Shown here in pieces: positions 50,885 through 64,000 of a stretch of 64,000 bases of DNA (positions are counted from its first letter, which is position 1; every line of letters starts with the position of its first letter). The DNA is from Octopus bimaculoides (Eukaryota). The notes beneath the pieces are model-generated. The model was not told where the DNA came from and did no database searches. It worked only from the letters and a program-made list of their open reading frames with translations. The DNA lies in contig NC_068981.1 of NCBI RefSeq assembly GCF_001194135.2, forward strand, positions 144,242,171 through 144,306,170. The letters are read 5' to 3'. Position numbers and translations under genes: made by a program.

Positions 50885-53800
50885 TATTTTATGTATTTGT
50901 AATAATCGTTATTCATAGCTAACATATGATATAAAACATACAGACAAGTTACAAGTAGTTCGTAAAATTCCTGGTATATGTTTAGTTTTAAACCTGTAAT
51001 ATATATCAGTCTTCGTCCTCATGTTGGCGTATGATGCCACCATCTTTTCTAAAGAATTGGAATATGTTTCTTTTAACGACAGATTGATCGGTTATAAACT
51101 GCAAATATATGTTATAAAAATGTCTGATTTTTATCTTCTCTTTACCGAAAGCATTTGGTTTATTTCTCTTATTTATTGATGTTATTGTTGTTGTTATCAT
51201 TTACTTATGTTTGTAGATACTTCGCATGATAGTTAGGTTGTTAAATATTTATCATTTAATATCACCCTTTTATCATTCGAGTAAAACCACGAATAATATT
51301 CAATACCAAAACAAACAAACAAAAATTGATAGGAGCCCACGAAAACAAATTATTTTCCTGTTGTTGCTGTCGTCGTCGTCGTCATTGTTTAACCCTAGGG
51401 TACTTCACATTGAGCAGATCTTTGATCAAAAGCATTCCAGCAGTGATCACCCCAATTTTGTTTAAAGAATGCTATAACAAGGAATATGTCGGAAAGTAAA
51501 AGTTTTTTTGTGGAGGATTTACATGTTTTTCTCTTACTTCCTATATACTAGCAGAAACATAGACTTCCTCCGATCTTGTTAGAACGAAGCAATAATAACT
51601 GTGACCACGCGTTTCGTGTGTATAGAGTAAAAATAGATCTTAAATAGCATAATCAATCAAGGCAAAGTTTACACGAAAGTGTTTGTGAAAATTTACATAC
51701 TTAAATTAATTAGATGTTTTGTGCTGCAGTAAGGTGTTATTGAAAATAAGCATAAATGTTTTCGTGTTTTACAAAGTCAATTGATTAATATTTTATAGGA
51801 ATGTACATATGTTTCACGTGTTTGTAAAGTCAAGATGTTTACGAACAGATAATTGGCAACAGTAAAAAATTAATGGACTAACACACGTTTTTTAAACTGG
51901 CTGAAAATAACAATTATGGAACAATTTCTCTAGTTCAGTTTCAAGTACCTTGTGTTTTAAGATAACCGATTCTATTCTAATGAGGCAGGGCGAAATGAAA
52001 AATGGTAACGACTGGTTAAGAATGAAATAAAACTGACAACCTATGTCTAACGTTGAAAGTTTGAGGAAAAGAGAAATTTTACCCCTGTTTACAACATAGC
52101 TCTTACATCACTAATCCCTTATTGGCTAAAATGCTTGGTTGCTTTAAATTTTTAATTGGCTAAAAATCCCACAGATGATAACGGTTAAGCTGAAAGCTTT
52201 CTACATAAGATCGCTATGGACACATTATTCTGGATGCATATATTTCCTTACCTTTTAAGATAGCAAATAAGGTGAAATATGAGAGTTTGGCCTTTATTTC
52301 TAGCAGGTAAAACAAGCACATAGAATCCCAACCCTGTATCTGATATTGTATTTATATGTGAAGAGTTACGGAGGTGATCAAAGCAAGAGACGTATTTAAG
52401 ACTATGTAGCACAAAATAGTCTTTCCTTTTTCTAAGATAGTAGTGAGTGTAATTTGATAGATTGAAAGCTCTTTAGTGTTTATTTCTTGCTGATAAGATA
52501 GTCCACTTAACAGTTTTATGTTGTCTCCTTTTTAGTATTTCGCTTAAAATATAAGGCGCCATATAAATATTTCATTTCTTCAACAATTTCAGGCTGTGGG
52601 TCTTGCAACGGAACTGACAAATTCTTTTATTTCTCTTTCTTATGTTATTGCTGTCCTTCCGGCTCTTTACGTTTCTCTTTTCAAATCCATCTGTGGTTAT
52701 ATACTCAAATGTATTAAGTGTTGACTAATCCCTTAGTATAACAACATATAATTTGTCATAAAACAAAAGTTTATATNNNNNNNNNNNNNNNNNNNNNNNN
52801 NNNNNNNNNNNNNNNNNNNNNNNNNNNNNNNNNNNNNNNNNNNNNNNNNNNNNNNNNNNNNNNNNNNNNNNNNNNNNNNNNNNNNNNNNNNNNNNNNNNN
52901 NNNNNNNNNNNNNNNNNNNNNNNNNNNNNNNNNNNNNNNNNNNNNNNNNNNNNNNNNNNNNNNNNNNNNNNNNNNNNNNNNNNNNNNNNNNNNNNNNNNN
53001 NNNNNNNNNNNNNNNNNNNNNNNNNNNNNNNNNNNNNNNNNNNNNNNNNNNNNNNNNNNNNNNNNNNNNNNNNNNNNNNNNNNNNNNNNNNNNNNNNNNN
53101 NNNNNNNNNNNNNNNNNNNNNNNNNNNNNNNNNNNNNNNNNNNNNNNNNNNNNNNNNNNNNNNNNNNNNNNNNNNNNNNNNNNNNNNNNNNNNNNNNNNN
53201 NNNNNNNNNNNNNNNNNNNNNNNNNNNNNNNNNNNNNNNNNNNNNNNNNNNNNNNNNNNNNNNNNNNNNNNNNNNNNNNNNNNNNNNNNNNNNNNNNNNN
53301 NNNNNNNNNNNNNNNNNNNNNNNNNNNNNNNNNNNNNNNNNNNNNNNNNNNNNNNNNNNNNNNNNNNNNNNNNNNNNNNNNNNNNNNNNNNNNNNNNNNN
53401 NNNNNNNNNNNNNNNNNNNNNNNNNNNNNNNNNNNNNNNNNNNNNTATATATATATAGGAGTGTCTTGTGTGTGTACTGTGTTGTGTGTGTACTGTGTGT
53501 TGTGTGTGTGAGTGTGTATATATACATGAGTATATGTACGTTTTAATCAATAATCGACAGAAGTTACAGAGTGACTCAAAGGCTGAGTGTTTCGTACGTA
53601 CGAATCACCCAGCCCTCGAACCACTCTAACTTGAGCTGATTATTTAAAAAAAACCATGTGTGTATATATAAACACACGCGTACACACACACACACACAAA
53701 CACACGCACTCACACACAAATGCGCGCGCACACACACACACGCACTCACACACACGCAAACACACACACTGTTATGTTTTGCCGTGGATCGAACTCGGAA

Positions 53801-54369
53801 CCACCTGATTGCAAAACGAACTTCTTAACGATACAGCCATGTCTGTACTCGCACGCACACATACGTGCACAGAATCATTCACACACATAAACACATACAC
53901 ACACACATACACACGCACACATCACATAAGTATGCCTCTATTTTTGAAAGATATTTTTTTATTTAAAAAATAGTTATACGAAAAAAGTCTCTATGGAAAA
54001 GTAGATTAACACAACTTTCCATGAGGTCTCTGCCAATTAGCTTTCATTTAATATAATTAATAATTTTCCATTGAAAAAATTATATACCTATATATATATA
54101 TANNNNNNNNNNNNNNNNNNNNNNNNNNNNNNNNNNNNNNNNNNNNNNNNNNNNNNNNNNNNNNNNNNNNNNNNNNNNNNNNNNNNNNNNNNNNNNNNNN
54201 NNNNNNNNNNNNNNNNNNNNNNNNNNNNNNNNNNNNNNNNNNNNNNNNNNNNNNNNNNNNNNNNNNNNNNNNNNNNNNNNNNNNNNNNNNNNNNNNNNNN
54301 NNNNNNNNNNNNNNNNNNNNNNNNNNNNNNNNNNNNNNNNNNNNNNNNNNNNNNNNNNNNNTATATATA

Positions 54370-54720
54370 TATGGGAGAATATACAAAAAATAACAACAGA
54401 CGAGGACAGGTGGTGTAAATAACAAAAGTATATATTAGTATGACGCTCGGGAATACGGAAAGTCTTTGACGTTTCGAGCTACGCTCTTCAACAGAAAGAA
54501 TACGGAGAAGGTAAAAAAGGATGATAAAGGAGGTTTACAAAAGTGGAAAAGTTCAAAAGTTTTTTAGACGTCGTGGTATATTGAAGCGATTTCCAATCAG
54601 AAGATGGGTCCAGTGTAAATCCGTGGGTAGGAGATGTGCAGCCGGAGGGTATAAAGTTCAGAATCAAACAGTCCAGATCCAGAAGGAAAGAAGGTAGAAT
54701 CCAAAAGTTGGTAGTGTGTG
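54370..54720 (-). mobile_element. Probable Penelope-like terminal (pseudo-LTR) fragment
   Basis: The minus strand is pyrimidine-rich and followed by GAAGAGCGTAGCTCGAAACGTC, resembling PLE terminal motifs. Confidence 0.4.
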
Positions 54721-55724
54721 ATGAGAGGAGACAGGATTAGCTGGTGCGACCACGTGAGCGTGTATTATATGTATATATATATATACTCATTTAAACGTAC
54801 ATGCACGAGTATATATTTACATATATACATACAAGCATTCATTCATATGTACATACATTCATATATACATACATACCAGCAAGGATACACACATGTACAT
54901 ATATACATACACATATACGTATTTTTATTTATTTATGTGTTTCAGCCAAGTGGCTGCGGTCATACTGGTGCACCACCGTGAAAAGTAAAGTTGAATTCTG
55001 TGGAATTTGAACTCAGTATAGACAGACGAAATGCCGCGAAGCATCTTTCCCGACGTGCTTAACGATTCTGCCATTTCACCGCTCGTATATACATATATAC
55101 ATATATACACACACACGCGTACACACATACATTCGTATGTACATACATATCAGCAAGCATACACACATGTACATTTATACATACACATATACATACATAC
55201 ATATACATACACACATAAGCACACACACATACATACATACATACATACATACATACATACATACATACATACATACATGAAAATCAGAAGACTTCTCCAA
55301 TAAAACACAGTAAATAGAAACAAAACACAAATGTTATCATTATTGATTCCTCCCAGAACAAGGTTGCAATATAAATCTTTATTCTTTGGTAGGATTAAAG
55401 CTTAAATCTCATGAAGGAGTCGAAATAACCGACATAGAATTTGTAAATGTTTGTTTATATGTAGTGGAAGGGAAGGCTGTGTGGTATGGAAGCTGTTTTT
55501 ACAATATTCCGGATTCGACTTTTATCTGAACAACAACTTAAAGTAATTAGACTAACTAGATTTTGGCTGTTATCGTTCTCTTCAGTCTGAATAAGTCATT
55601 ACTAATTTAGTCCTGTATCTGAATAGCGAAATAATGCGTCATATTTGTAGGAACGTATTAAATGCGTGTAAATGTCTGAGTGACGTGGTTGTATGCATGT
55701 GTTTGAGAATCAGCATGCCTAGGT

Positions 55725-55726
55725 GG

Positions 55727-55809
<83 letters not shown>

Positions 55810-55850
55810 AGGAAAACAAAAAAATGACAAGGCCAGAAACAGGGAAAGAC

Positions 55851-55896
<46 letters not shown>

Positions 55897-55978
55897 TGAA
55901 ACAGAAAGACTGGTGGAGAAATAAGAAAAGAATAAGAACTAAATATGGAAAAAGAAGAGATAGATAAATAGATAGATC

Positions 55979-56013
<35 letters not shown>

Positions 56014-56026
56014 CGATAGATCGATC

Positions 56027-56065
<39 letters not shown>

Positions 56066-56066
56066 C

Positions 56067-56117
<51 letters not shown>

Positions 56118-56135
56118 CGATAGATAGATAGATAA

Positions 56136-56186
<51 letters not shown>

Positions 56187-56400
56187 GGTTTCTTTATTAG
56201 CCACACAGGGCTCAACACAGAGGGGACAAAATACAAATGTAGAGTTTTTCTTTTCGAGGGGGTCAGATAGATAGATAGATAGATAGATAGATAGCGAAAC
56301 AGAAAGACTGGTGGAGAAATAAGAAAAGAACAACAAAATATAGAATAAGAAGAGATAGATAGATAGATACATACATACATACATACATACATATACACAC
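55725..56400. repeat. Compound microsatellite block (TG)n(AG)n, (GATA)n, (TACA)n with a duplicated about 45-bp unique spacer
   Basis: Visible repeats; gaaacagaaagactggtggagaaataagaaaagaa occurs at about 55898 and about 56296. Confidence 0.9.
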
Positions 56401-57377
56401 TGACGGAAACTGAATCTGGGAAAAGAAAGAACGAGAGGAGATGATGTTTGCAGTTCTAGTTAAGAAATTCTCTATTGTTTAGCTGTTAAGCCGAAACAAC
56501 GTTGAATGGATTGTCTCGCACAGAAGCGCACCATAATGCTTGCAACGTATTCGAACACATGTTCCGTGAATATGCAGCTGAATATCTTAACTATTTAGTC
56601 GTTGAATTTCTTAAAATAACGATAGAATTCTCTTCACCTCATTTGAAGAAATTCAATTTTGTGTTTTACATTATCTTTAACAAACGGGGAAGAAGGGGGT
56701 CATGATCTCTAAGGTCAGTAAAGTCTGTGCAAATGGATAAATAAAGGCCTTCCAGTTGTGACCATCCTTCTCTATAGCGGTATGTTATCTAATATAGGAA
56801 GCAGAGGCGTAACCAGGTTCTGAAGTTGGAGAGGTAGAGAGCGCATAAAAGAGAAAATGGTCCCGTGTCACATCTTTCTCTTTTACTTGCTTTAGTCATT
56901 TGACTGCGGCCATGCTGGAGCACTGCCTTGAAGTGTTTTAGTCGAATAAATCGACCTTAGGACATTTTTTTAACTCCTAGTACTTATTCTATCGGGTTTT
57001 TGACCGAACCGCTAGGTTACGGGGAGGTAAACACGTCAGCACCAGTTGACAAGCGATAATAAGGGACACACACACACGCGCACGCGCACACACACACACA
57101 CACACNNNNNNNNNNNNNNNNNNNNNNNNNNNNNNNNNNNNNNNNNNNNNNNNNNNNNNNNNNNNNNNNNNNNNNNNNNNNNNNNNNNNNNNNNNNNNNN
57201 NNNNNNNNNNNNNNNNNNNNNNNNNNNNNNNNNNNNNNNNNNNNNNNNNNNNNNNNNNNNNNNNNNNNNNNNNNNNNNNNNNNNNNNNNNNNNNNNNNNN
57301 NNNNNNNNNNNNNNNNNNNNNNNNNNNNNNNNNNNNNNATATCATTATGTATGAAACCTACAAAGGATGCTTGGCTT

Positions 57378-57391
57378 GTTACTATGGAAAC
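57378..57391. promoter_or_regulatory. Candidate RFX X-box GTTACTATGGAAAC
   Basis: Fits the 14-bp X-box consensus GTHNYY-AT-RRNAAC and is embedded in a longer imperfect palindrome GCTTGTT...AACAAGC. Confidence 0.35.
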
Positions 57392-58577
57392 AAGCATGAA
57401 TGTATCTGTGGTTTACGATTGGCTAAAATTATCCGAAATTTGCAAACTTTACAAGGTATTAATGCTTTATTTACTGATTTATGGTGAAGATGAATTTCAA
57501 GGCATTGATTAACATATAAAACTATATCATTACACCAAATACGAAATCAATTCGAACAGAAATTGAAGAGATTGAAAATTGGCAGCCAAACAGAAAAGAT
57601 CCCTTACAACAACTGATATAGGAGTAATGTTAAGATGAAACTCTACAGGATCGTCGTGTCGAGAGATTATGACGTTAGGGCTCGTTTTGGTTTCTTTAGA
57701 AGTCAGTGGCCACCAACACATCACAGGAGATTGAGCAGACAGTTCAAAAACACGGGAGGTTGGTCAAATAACATAATGACTTCAGAAAGTTCTCCCACGG
57801 CCAAAACAAAATGAAATTCAATTTTTATCGCACAAATGAAATTAGGAGTTAGAAAAAAAATTGTTGCCAATTTTGAAAAATGTGCTTTTCAGGAGTGTTC
57901 GCTCTCTTTGTTCCCTGAACATTAGTGTCACAGGGCCAGTTGCCAAGTTTCCATAACATGTAAGTGACTGGAGCTACAACATTTTCCCCTGAACGGGACA
58001 CCAGTTCGCGACAGGGTTTCTCGTTCACATATCAGTAAACTTGAGCACCATAAAGTTTTTTTACTATACCCAATCCTTATTGATAACTGTATGCTGAGAA
58101 CTTGAAAACGATTTTGGCTGCTATTTTTAGCTCTTCCAGTGACCACATACAAGCTCAGTCATTCTTGTCTCGTGTAGTTAGTTGAAGAAAGTGAATTTCG
58201 CAGCTGCAAAAGTTATATTGACTGATGTTTTAATCTTTATATTACTGTTTCATGTCAAGAAATTATTAATTTTAAAATGAATACTGAAAAAGAAAATTGA
58301 AAATATTTTAACCATAGCAACGTCATAATTTGTCTTTCCCTCACACTCTTTTCACTTTTTAACTCCATCCCTCCTTCTCTCTTTCTGTCTTTCATTCTTA
58401 CTTTTTCATCTCCATTACACATTATTTCTCACTCACTCGCACTATATCACTTAAAATACGAATGAGGAGTAATGGCACACTTGGAAGAACATCGGTCAAT
58501 ATATATATTTGGTTACATCGCTTTATGTTCTGAGTTCAAATCCCGTATAAATCCATTTAGTTTAATGTGATTAAAGT

Positions 58578-58961
58578 GGAGGCGCAATGGCCCAGTGGTT
58601 AGGGCAGCGGACTCGCAGTCGTAGGTTCGCGGTTTCGATTCCCCGACCGGGCGTTGCGAGTGTTTATTGAGCGAAAACACCTAAAGCTCCACGAGGCTCC
58701 GGCAGGGGATGGTGGCGAACCCTGCTGTACACTTTCACCACAACTTTCTCTCACTCTTATTTCCTGTTTCTGTTGTGTCTGTAATTCAAAGGGCCAGCCT
58801 TGTCACACTGTGTCACGCTGAATATCCCCGAGAACTACGTAAAGGCTACACGTGTCTGTGGAGTGCTCAGCCACTTGGACGTTAATTTCACGAGCAGCCT
58901 GTTCTGTTCATCGGATCAACTGGAACCCTCGCCGTCGTAAGCGACGGAGTGTCAACATTAC
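58578..58961 (+). mobile_element. Young, CpG-rich tRNA(Arg)-like SINE with TSD
   Basis: Head GGCGCAATGGCCCAGTGGTTAGGGCAGCGGACTCGCA...GGTTTCGATTCCC with A and B boxes. Flanked by AATGTGATTAAA (58564-58575) and AATGTGCTTAAA (58962-58973). Confidence 0.8.
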
Positions 58962-59758
58962 AATGTGCTTAAAATATCGGTTTCAAATTTTGGTACAAGG
59001 CCAGCAATTTCGTGAAAGGTGGGTTAAGTTGATTACATCAACTCCAGTGCTCAACTGGTACTTATTTTATCGACTCCGAAAGAATGAAAGGCAAAGTCGA
59101 CCCCGGCGGAATTTGAACTTAGAACGAAATACCGCTCAGCATTTCGCCCGGCGTGCAAACGATTCTGTCAGTTTGCCGCCTTATAATGTGTTTAAAACAC
59201 TGGTTTCAAATTTTGGCACAAGGCTAGTAATTTCGAAGGAGTGGGTAAGTCGATTACATTGACCCCAGTGCTCAACTAGAATTTATTTTATCAACCCCGA
59301 AAGAATGAAAAGCAAATTTGACCTCGGCGGAATTTAAACTCACAACGTAAAGACGGACGAAATGCTGCTAAGTATTTCGTCCGGCGTGCTGACGATTCTG
59401 TCAGTTTGCCGCCTTATAATGTGCTTAAACTATTGATACTAGCATAATGAACTCTATTCTAAAATACCATACAATGCTGTGCTCCAACATAACCACAGTC
59501 TTATGACTAAATTCAAGTAAAGATTATAGTTGTTGGATTATGTAGTCCTAGGTGTACCATGGAACGACCATAGCTGAGATGCTTTTGATTATAAGTATGT
59601 TCGATCAGGATTCATCTGGGAGGAAAACAAGGTACTAACAAGTATCAAAATGCATCAGATAAATAGATTCTTCCTTAGCGTGCAGCCTATTGCAGTATCT
59701 ATAGTTTACGCTGTGAAAGGACCTGATTTGAGTCAGTGTTAAGTCTTAGAGTTACACA

Positions 59759-59992
59759 GCACGCCAAAGTGTAAATGGCCAGTTAGAACGCACGCTAAAG
59801 TGTAAATAGCAAGTTAGATCGCACGCTAAAGTGTAAATGGCCAGTTAGAACGCACGCTAAAGTGTAAATAGCAAGTTAGATCGCACGCTAAAGTGTAAAT
59901 AGCAAGTTAGGTTAGATCGCACGCTAAAGTGTAAATAGCCAGTTAGATCGCACGATAAAGTGTAAATGGCCAGTTAGAACGCACGCTAAAGT
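59759..59992. repeat. 31-bp minisatellite, about 7.4 copies (GCACGCTAAAGTGTAAATRGCMAGTTAGAWC)
   Basis: Directly visible tandem units, with one 5-bp insertion (GTTAG) in unit 5. Confidence 0.95.
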
Positions 59993-62900
59993 AACACCAA
60001 AAATTGAGTTGACTTGTATGCAAGCTGAATAAAATAATGGATTTTAAAATTGTTTTAAAATGTTACGTATGCTTTATTCAGTTTACAGGCAGACAACACA
60101 GATTATTATAAAGCAGCTTAAGTATCACTATATTATTATTTTAAACCCCACTAAGAGTGTTGAAGTAACAGAATCTTTAAAATGTCAGAAAAATGACTTT
60201 GATGTCTGTCTGAGTTCAAATTCTGCCGGAGCTCTTTATCCCTCCAGGGTCAATAAAATAAAATACCAGTTAAGTACTAAGAGCCCCTTCCCTCAAAATT
60301 CCTAGTCTTGTGCCTAAATTAGAAACCATTATTCTAAACTCCACTTTTTGAAAATCTTAGTTATTTGATATACCAGATGTAGATAAGAGAAAACAGATTT
60401 AGTAGATGCTTGTTGCCTTTCCTCTTTTAGATTGCTGTAATTAAGATGTATCAAAACACATACACCTTGTAAATATTACTAAACTATACCACACTTGTTA
60501 GTCATCTTTAGTAGCTTGTACGTAACATCACATAAGTTCAGTTAAGTTAAATGCTTTTCCATTCTTATTAACATAGAAGAAATAATCAGATCAGTATGTA
60601 AGCATGTATTTATGTATGTAATTAAAAATATTTCCATCGTATGTACATTGGTACATGCATAATTTGGGGGATGGGTTCAATGAAACAAAGCTCCGCTATT
60701 CGAAATTATATAACAGCAAAATGCTATATGGTGAACTGTAAAAAATTTCTTGCATATTTTCAGTTTCGCTTACATATTGAATGTACACAGTACGTGTTAG
60801 CTACTTTCTTTGCTCGAGAACATCAGCTTTTCGTGATTATTACTTAAACACGTAGCAACATAACTAAGACGCCAATGAATTTGGGTACAAATGTAAATGT
60901 ATAATCTTGGTTTCGAAGTAGTTGTTTACAAAAGATCTCTTTTTGACTAATTTCGAATGTATGTGCGTAGATAGAGAAATATTTATAAACATTTTCCTGA
61001 CTGAAGTTTGAGAGTTTTGTCGGCCGTCTGCTCGAGATGTAAAAAATATATACAAGACAAACTCAGGGTGATCCTGTCTTGTTCTTTCCGTCAGCCTTTG
61101 AATCTAAATCTTGCAAATTCCTGATTCCTAGGTATGGGGAACATCTATGGCAGCAGTCCCTAGCAACCATTTCTTCGTTTGGCATTTCGCAAAAATCCCT
61201 TCCGAATATTTTGCAAATAAATAAACAAAACCAAGAATCGTTATTTTAATCAGTCAAAATCTAATCTTGCATAGTGGTTTATAATCCATGTTTTGTACGC
61301 TATTCCTTTTCGATATTTGCGTGGACTAGTGCCCCCCCCCCCGGATGAAAGTTTTACGGAAATCAATGAAAAAGAACATTTATAATGAAATTGTATTTAG
61401 ATCTATAGTATTAGAGAATGTAAATAAAAGAAACTAGAAAAAAGAATAACATCAGAATTTGAATTTTTTTAGAATACAATTAACTTCATCACTGGTGCTA
61501 ACGGATCAAGCATGTATTTTATTTTCAAGATTGAAAAAAAACAAACAAACAAGCAAAAAGCAAATGTAAAATAAAGTAGTTTGCTTACCAACCACATTTT
61601 TTTGGGTTCATTCCCACTGCGTGGCACCTTGGGCAAGTGTCCGACCAAAGCCTTGTGAGTGGATTTGATAGACGGAAACTGAAAGAAGCCCGTCGTATAT
61701 ATGTGTATATGTTTGTATGTCTGTGTTTGTCTACCCACCCCCAACATTGCTTGACAACCGATGGTGGTGTGTTTACATCCCCGTAACTTAGCAGTTCGGC
61801 AAAAGAGCCCGATAGAATAAGTATTAGGCTTACAAAGAATAAATCCTGGGATCGAATTGCTGGACTAAAGGCGGTGCTCCAGCATGGCCGCAGTCAAATG
61901 ACTGAAACAAGTAAAAGAGTAAAAGAGTAATAAATCATATGATGGAAACAATATTTATGAAACGTAATATAAACAATGGTTGCCTTGTGCTTCAATAGAT
62001 TTTGCTGTCTTAAAAATATCAGCTTCGATATTTGATAAAGAGAACCTCACGACTTTTTTTTTTTACATACTCGTAATTTACTTCTTTCTTTACTGAAACC
62101 TACCTAAACCAGATATGAGAAAGGAAAAGCTAACAACAAAAACTTCAATTCCTTCCAAAGACGGATATATATCTTATAGATTAAACCATAATTCTTCATA
62201 GATATTTTGTTGAAACAGAGCCTGAACTTTAAATATAAATCTGCAATAATATTTTTTGTATCAGCCTGGAATAAATTTAAAACTCAATCGAGTATTATAA
62301 GCATTTTAAGATCTTTAAATCTAGTTTCTATATTTTTCTTAAATACTTGAAGGTGAAGATAGAAATATTCTAGCTTTGTTAAGCAAATTACCTGTTAAAC
62401 ATAAACTACAGGTATATGTTCCGCAAATGTCGACTGGAACATGAAAGTCTCGGTTAGCTATACTAATGTTCTAAATTCACATTTGGCTAGCTAATAAATC
62501 TGATTATTCTTTCTTTTGTTTCAAGAAACATCTTGTTCCTTTGCTAAAAAGTGTAACGTCATTTCATTTGTTAAATATCGGAAAGGTAAGCAATAACTGC
62601 TTTCCGATTTCATGATCCTAAAATATTATCGTAACCAAAGTTAATGAAATTCAAGAAGTAAATCATGTAGTTTATGAATATATCGCAGACAGTTTCCTTT
62701 TGATAACTATCTATGTATATGAAGATGTCTAAATTCTCTCTCGTTTCCATGGCCAAGTTAGCGAAATATATGTATATTTAGCGAGCGAATTTTAAAATGT
62801 TATTAACAATTTTGATTACAACTTAAGTTTCATGTTATCTATCACTAAAGTGCTATGCAGTTAAATGTTACATATGAATTACACAGTGGATGGTAAAAAT

Positions 62901-63965
62901 ATTTGGAACTGCTCTTAAGTGGATTATAAATCTACAACGACTACTAATAACAGAAGTTGCACTGGTTTCAAATTTTGGTACAAAGTCAGAAATTTTAAGT
63001 GGGGGGTGGGGGTAGAGGTAAATCGATTACATTGATTCTAGTGCTCAACTCATACCTATTTTATCGACCTCGAAGGATAAAAGGAAAAGTCGACCTCGAC
63101 GGAATTTGAACCTCGAACGTAAAGAGCTGGAAGAAATGCCGTTAAGAATTTTTGGGCGACTCGCAAACGATCTTGCCAGTTTGTCGCTTTTGCACATGCA
63201 ATAATGATTTTATAATAAGGCGGCGTGCTGGCAGAAACGTTAGCATACCGAGCGAAATGCTTAGCGGTCGCCAAGGTTGACTTTGCCTTTCGTCTCTTTC
63301 GGGGTCGATAAATTAAGTACCAGTTGCGTACAAGGGTCCATCTAATCGACATGCCCTCTCCCCTAAAATTTCGAGCCTTGTGCCTTGTGTAGAAAAGAAT
63401 AATGATTTTAAAATAAATTACTTCATCGTTGAAAAAAAAAAAAGAAATCTCCAAAATCTTGTAAATCGTTGAACCTTTTGCATTAATTTTCCTGAAATAG
63501 CAAGTGCACATAGGTCAGAAATAAAGTCTCTTTATCATATTTTAGTATCTTATTCAAGTTGTAAACAAAATTTAACTGTTTTTAAGTAACCATAAACCTT
63601 GTTTTCAGCGTCTTTTCATTGATTTTAGCCGAGACCAGTCTATTACTGAGCAAAATTATATCAGTTGTAGTTGGTAGCAGCATGCTAAAAATTTCTTTCA
63701 CAGAAGGTGAAATAATAGTCTCATGCTATAAGGTTTCTGCATTTAGCTGTAAACTTTGAAATTTCGTAAGATGCAACAAGCTCTTACCCAATCTTACTTT
63801 TTAAAGTAGTCTTTAGGCGTGACTGCGTGATAATGATTTTGCTTCTCAGCTACATGGTTCCGGGTTCACTCCCACGGGACAAGTCTTTTCTACTATAGCT
63901 CCGGGCCGACCAAAGCCTTGTGTGTGGATTTGGCAGACGGAAACTGAAAGAAGCCTGTTGTATAA

Positions 63966-64000
<35 letters not shown>

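Noticed and set aside
58578-58650. tRNA-Arg-like sequence
   Set aside because: It is the head of a SINE with body, tail and TSD, and the acceptor stem does not close. Not a tRNA gene.
59759-59992. CRISPR-like appearance of 31-bp repeats
   Set aside because: Contiguous tandem units with no unique spacers, in a eukaryotic context.

Overview
AT-rich, repeat-dense animal genomic DNA with many N gaps beside microsatellites, almost certainly from an octopus (inferred from a cephalopod-type mitochondrial COI fragment and the SINE families present). The only host gene I can support is the 3' end of a MINDY4/FAM188B-like deubiquitinase on the + strand: six GT-AG coding exons at 2418-24882, 600 nt in total, giving 199 aa plus stop with consistent phases. 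Its 5' exons lie upstream of the window. The rest is intronic or intergenic sequence full of tRNA-derived SINEs, decayed RTE, Jockey/CR1-like, R4-like and Penelope-like retroelements, Tc1/mariner relics (DD34D, DD37D, DD41D-type), MITEs and simple repeats. The most notable features are an intact-looking 162-bp COI NUMT in a MINDY4 intron, an 866-bp foldback built from two 3' ends of a rosa-like transposon, several other long inverted repeats (potential dsRNA/ADAR substrates in the pre-mRNA), serial SINE insertions reusing one target site, and a near-perfect RFX X-box. I did not find an unambiguous novel biological system. All family assignments are by eye and from recalled motifs, not from database searches.
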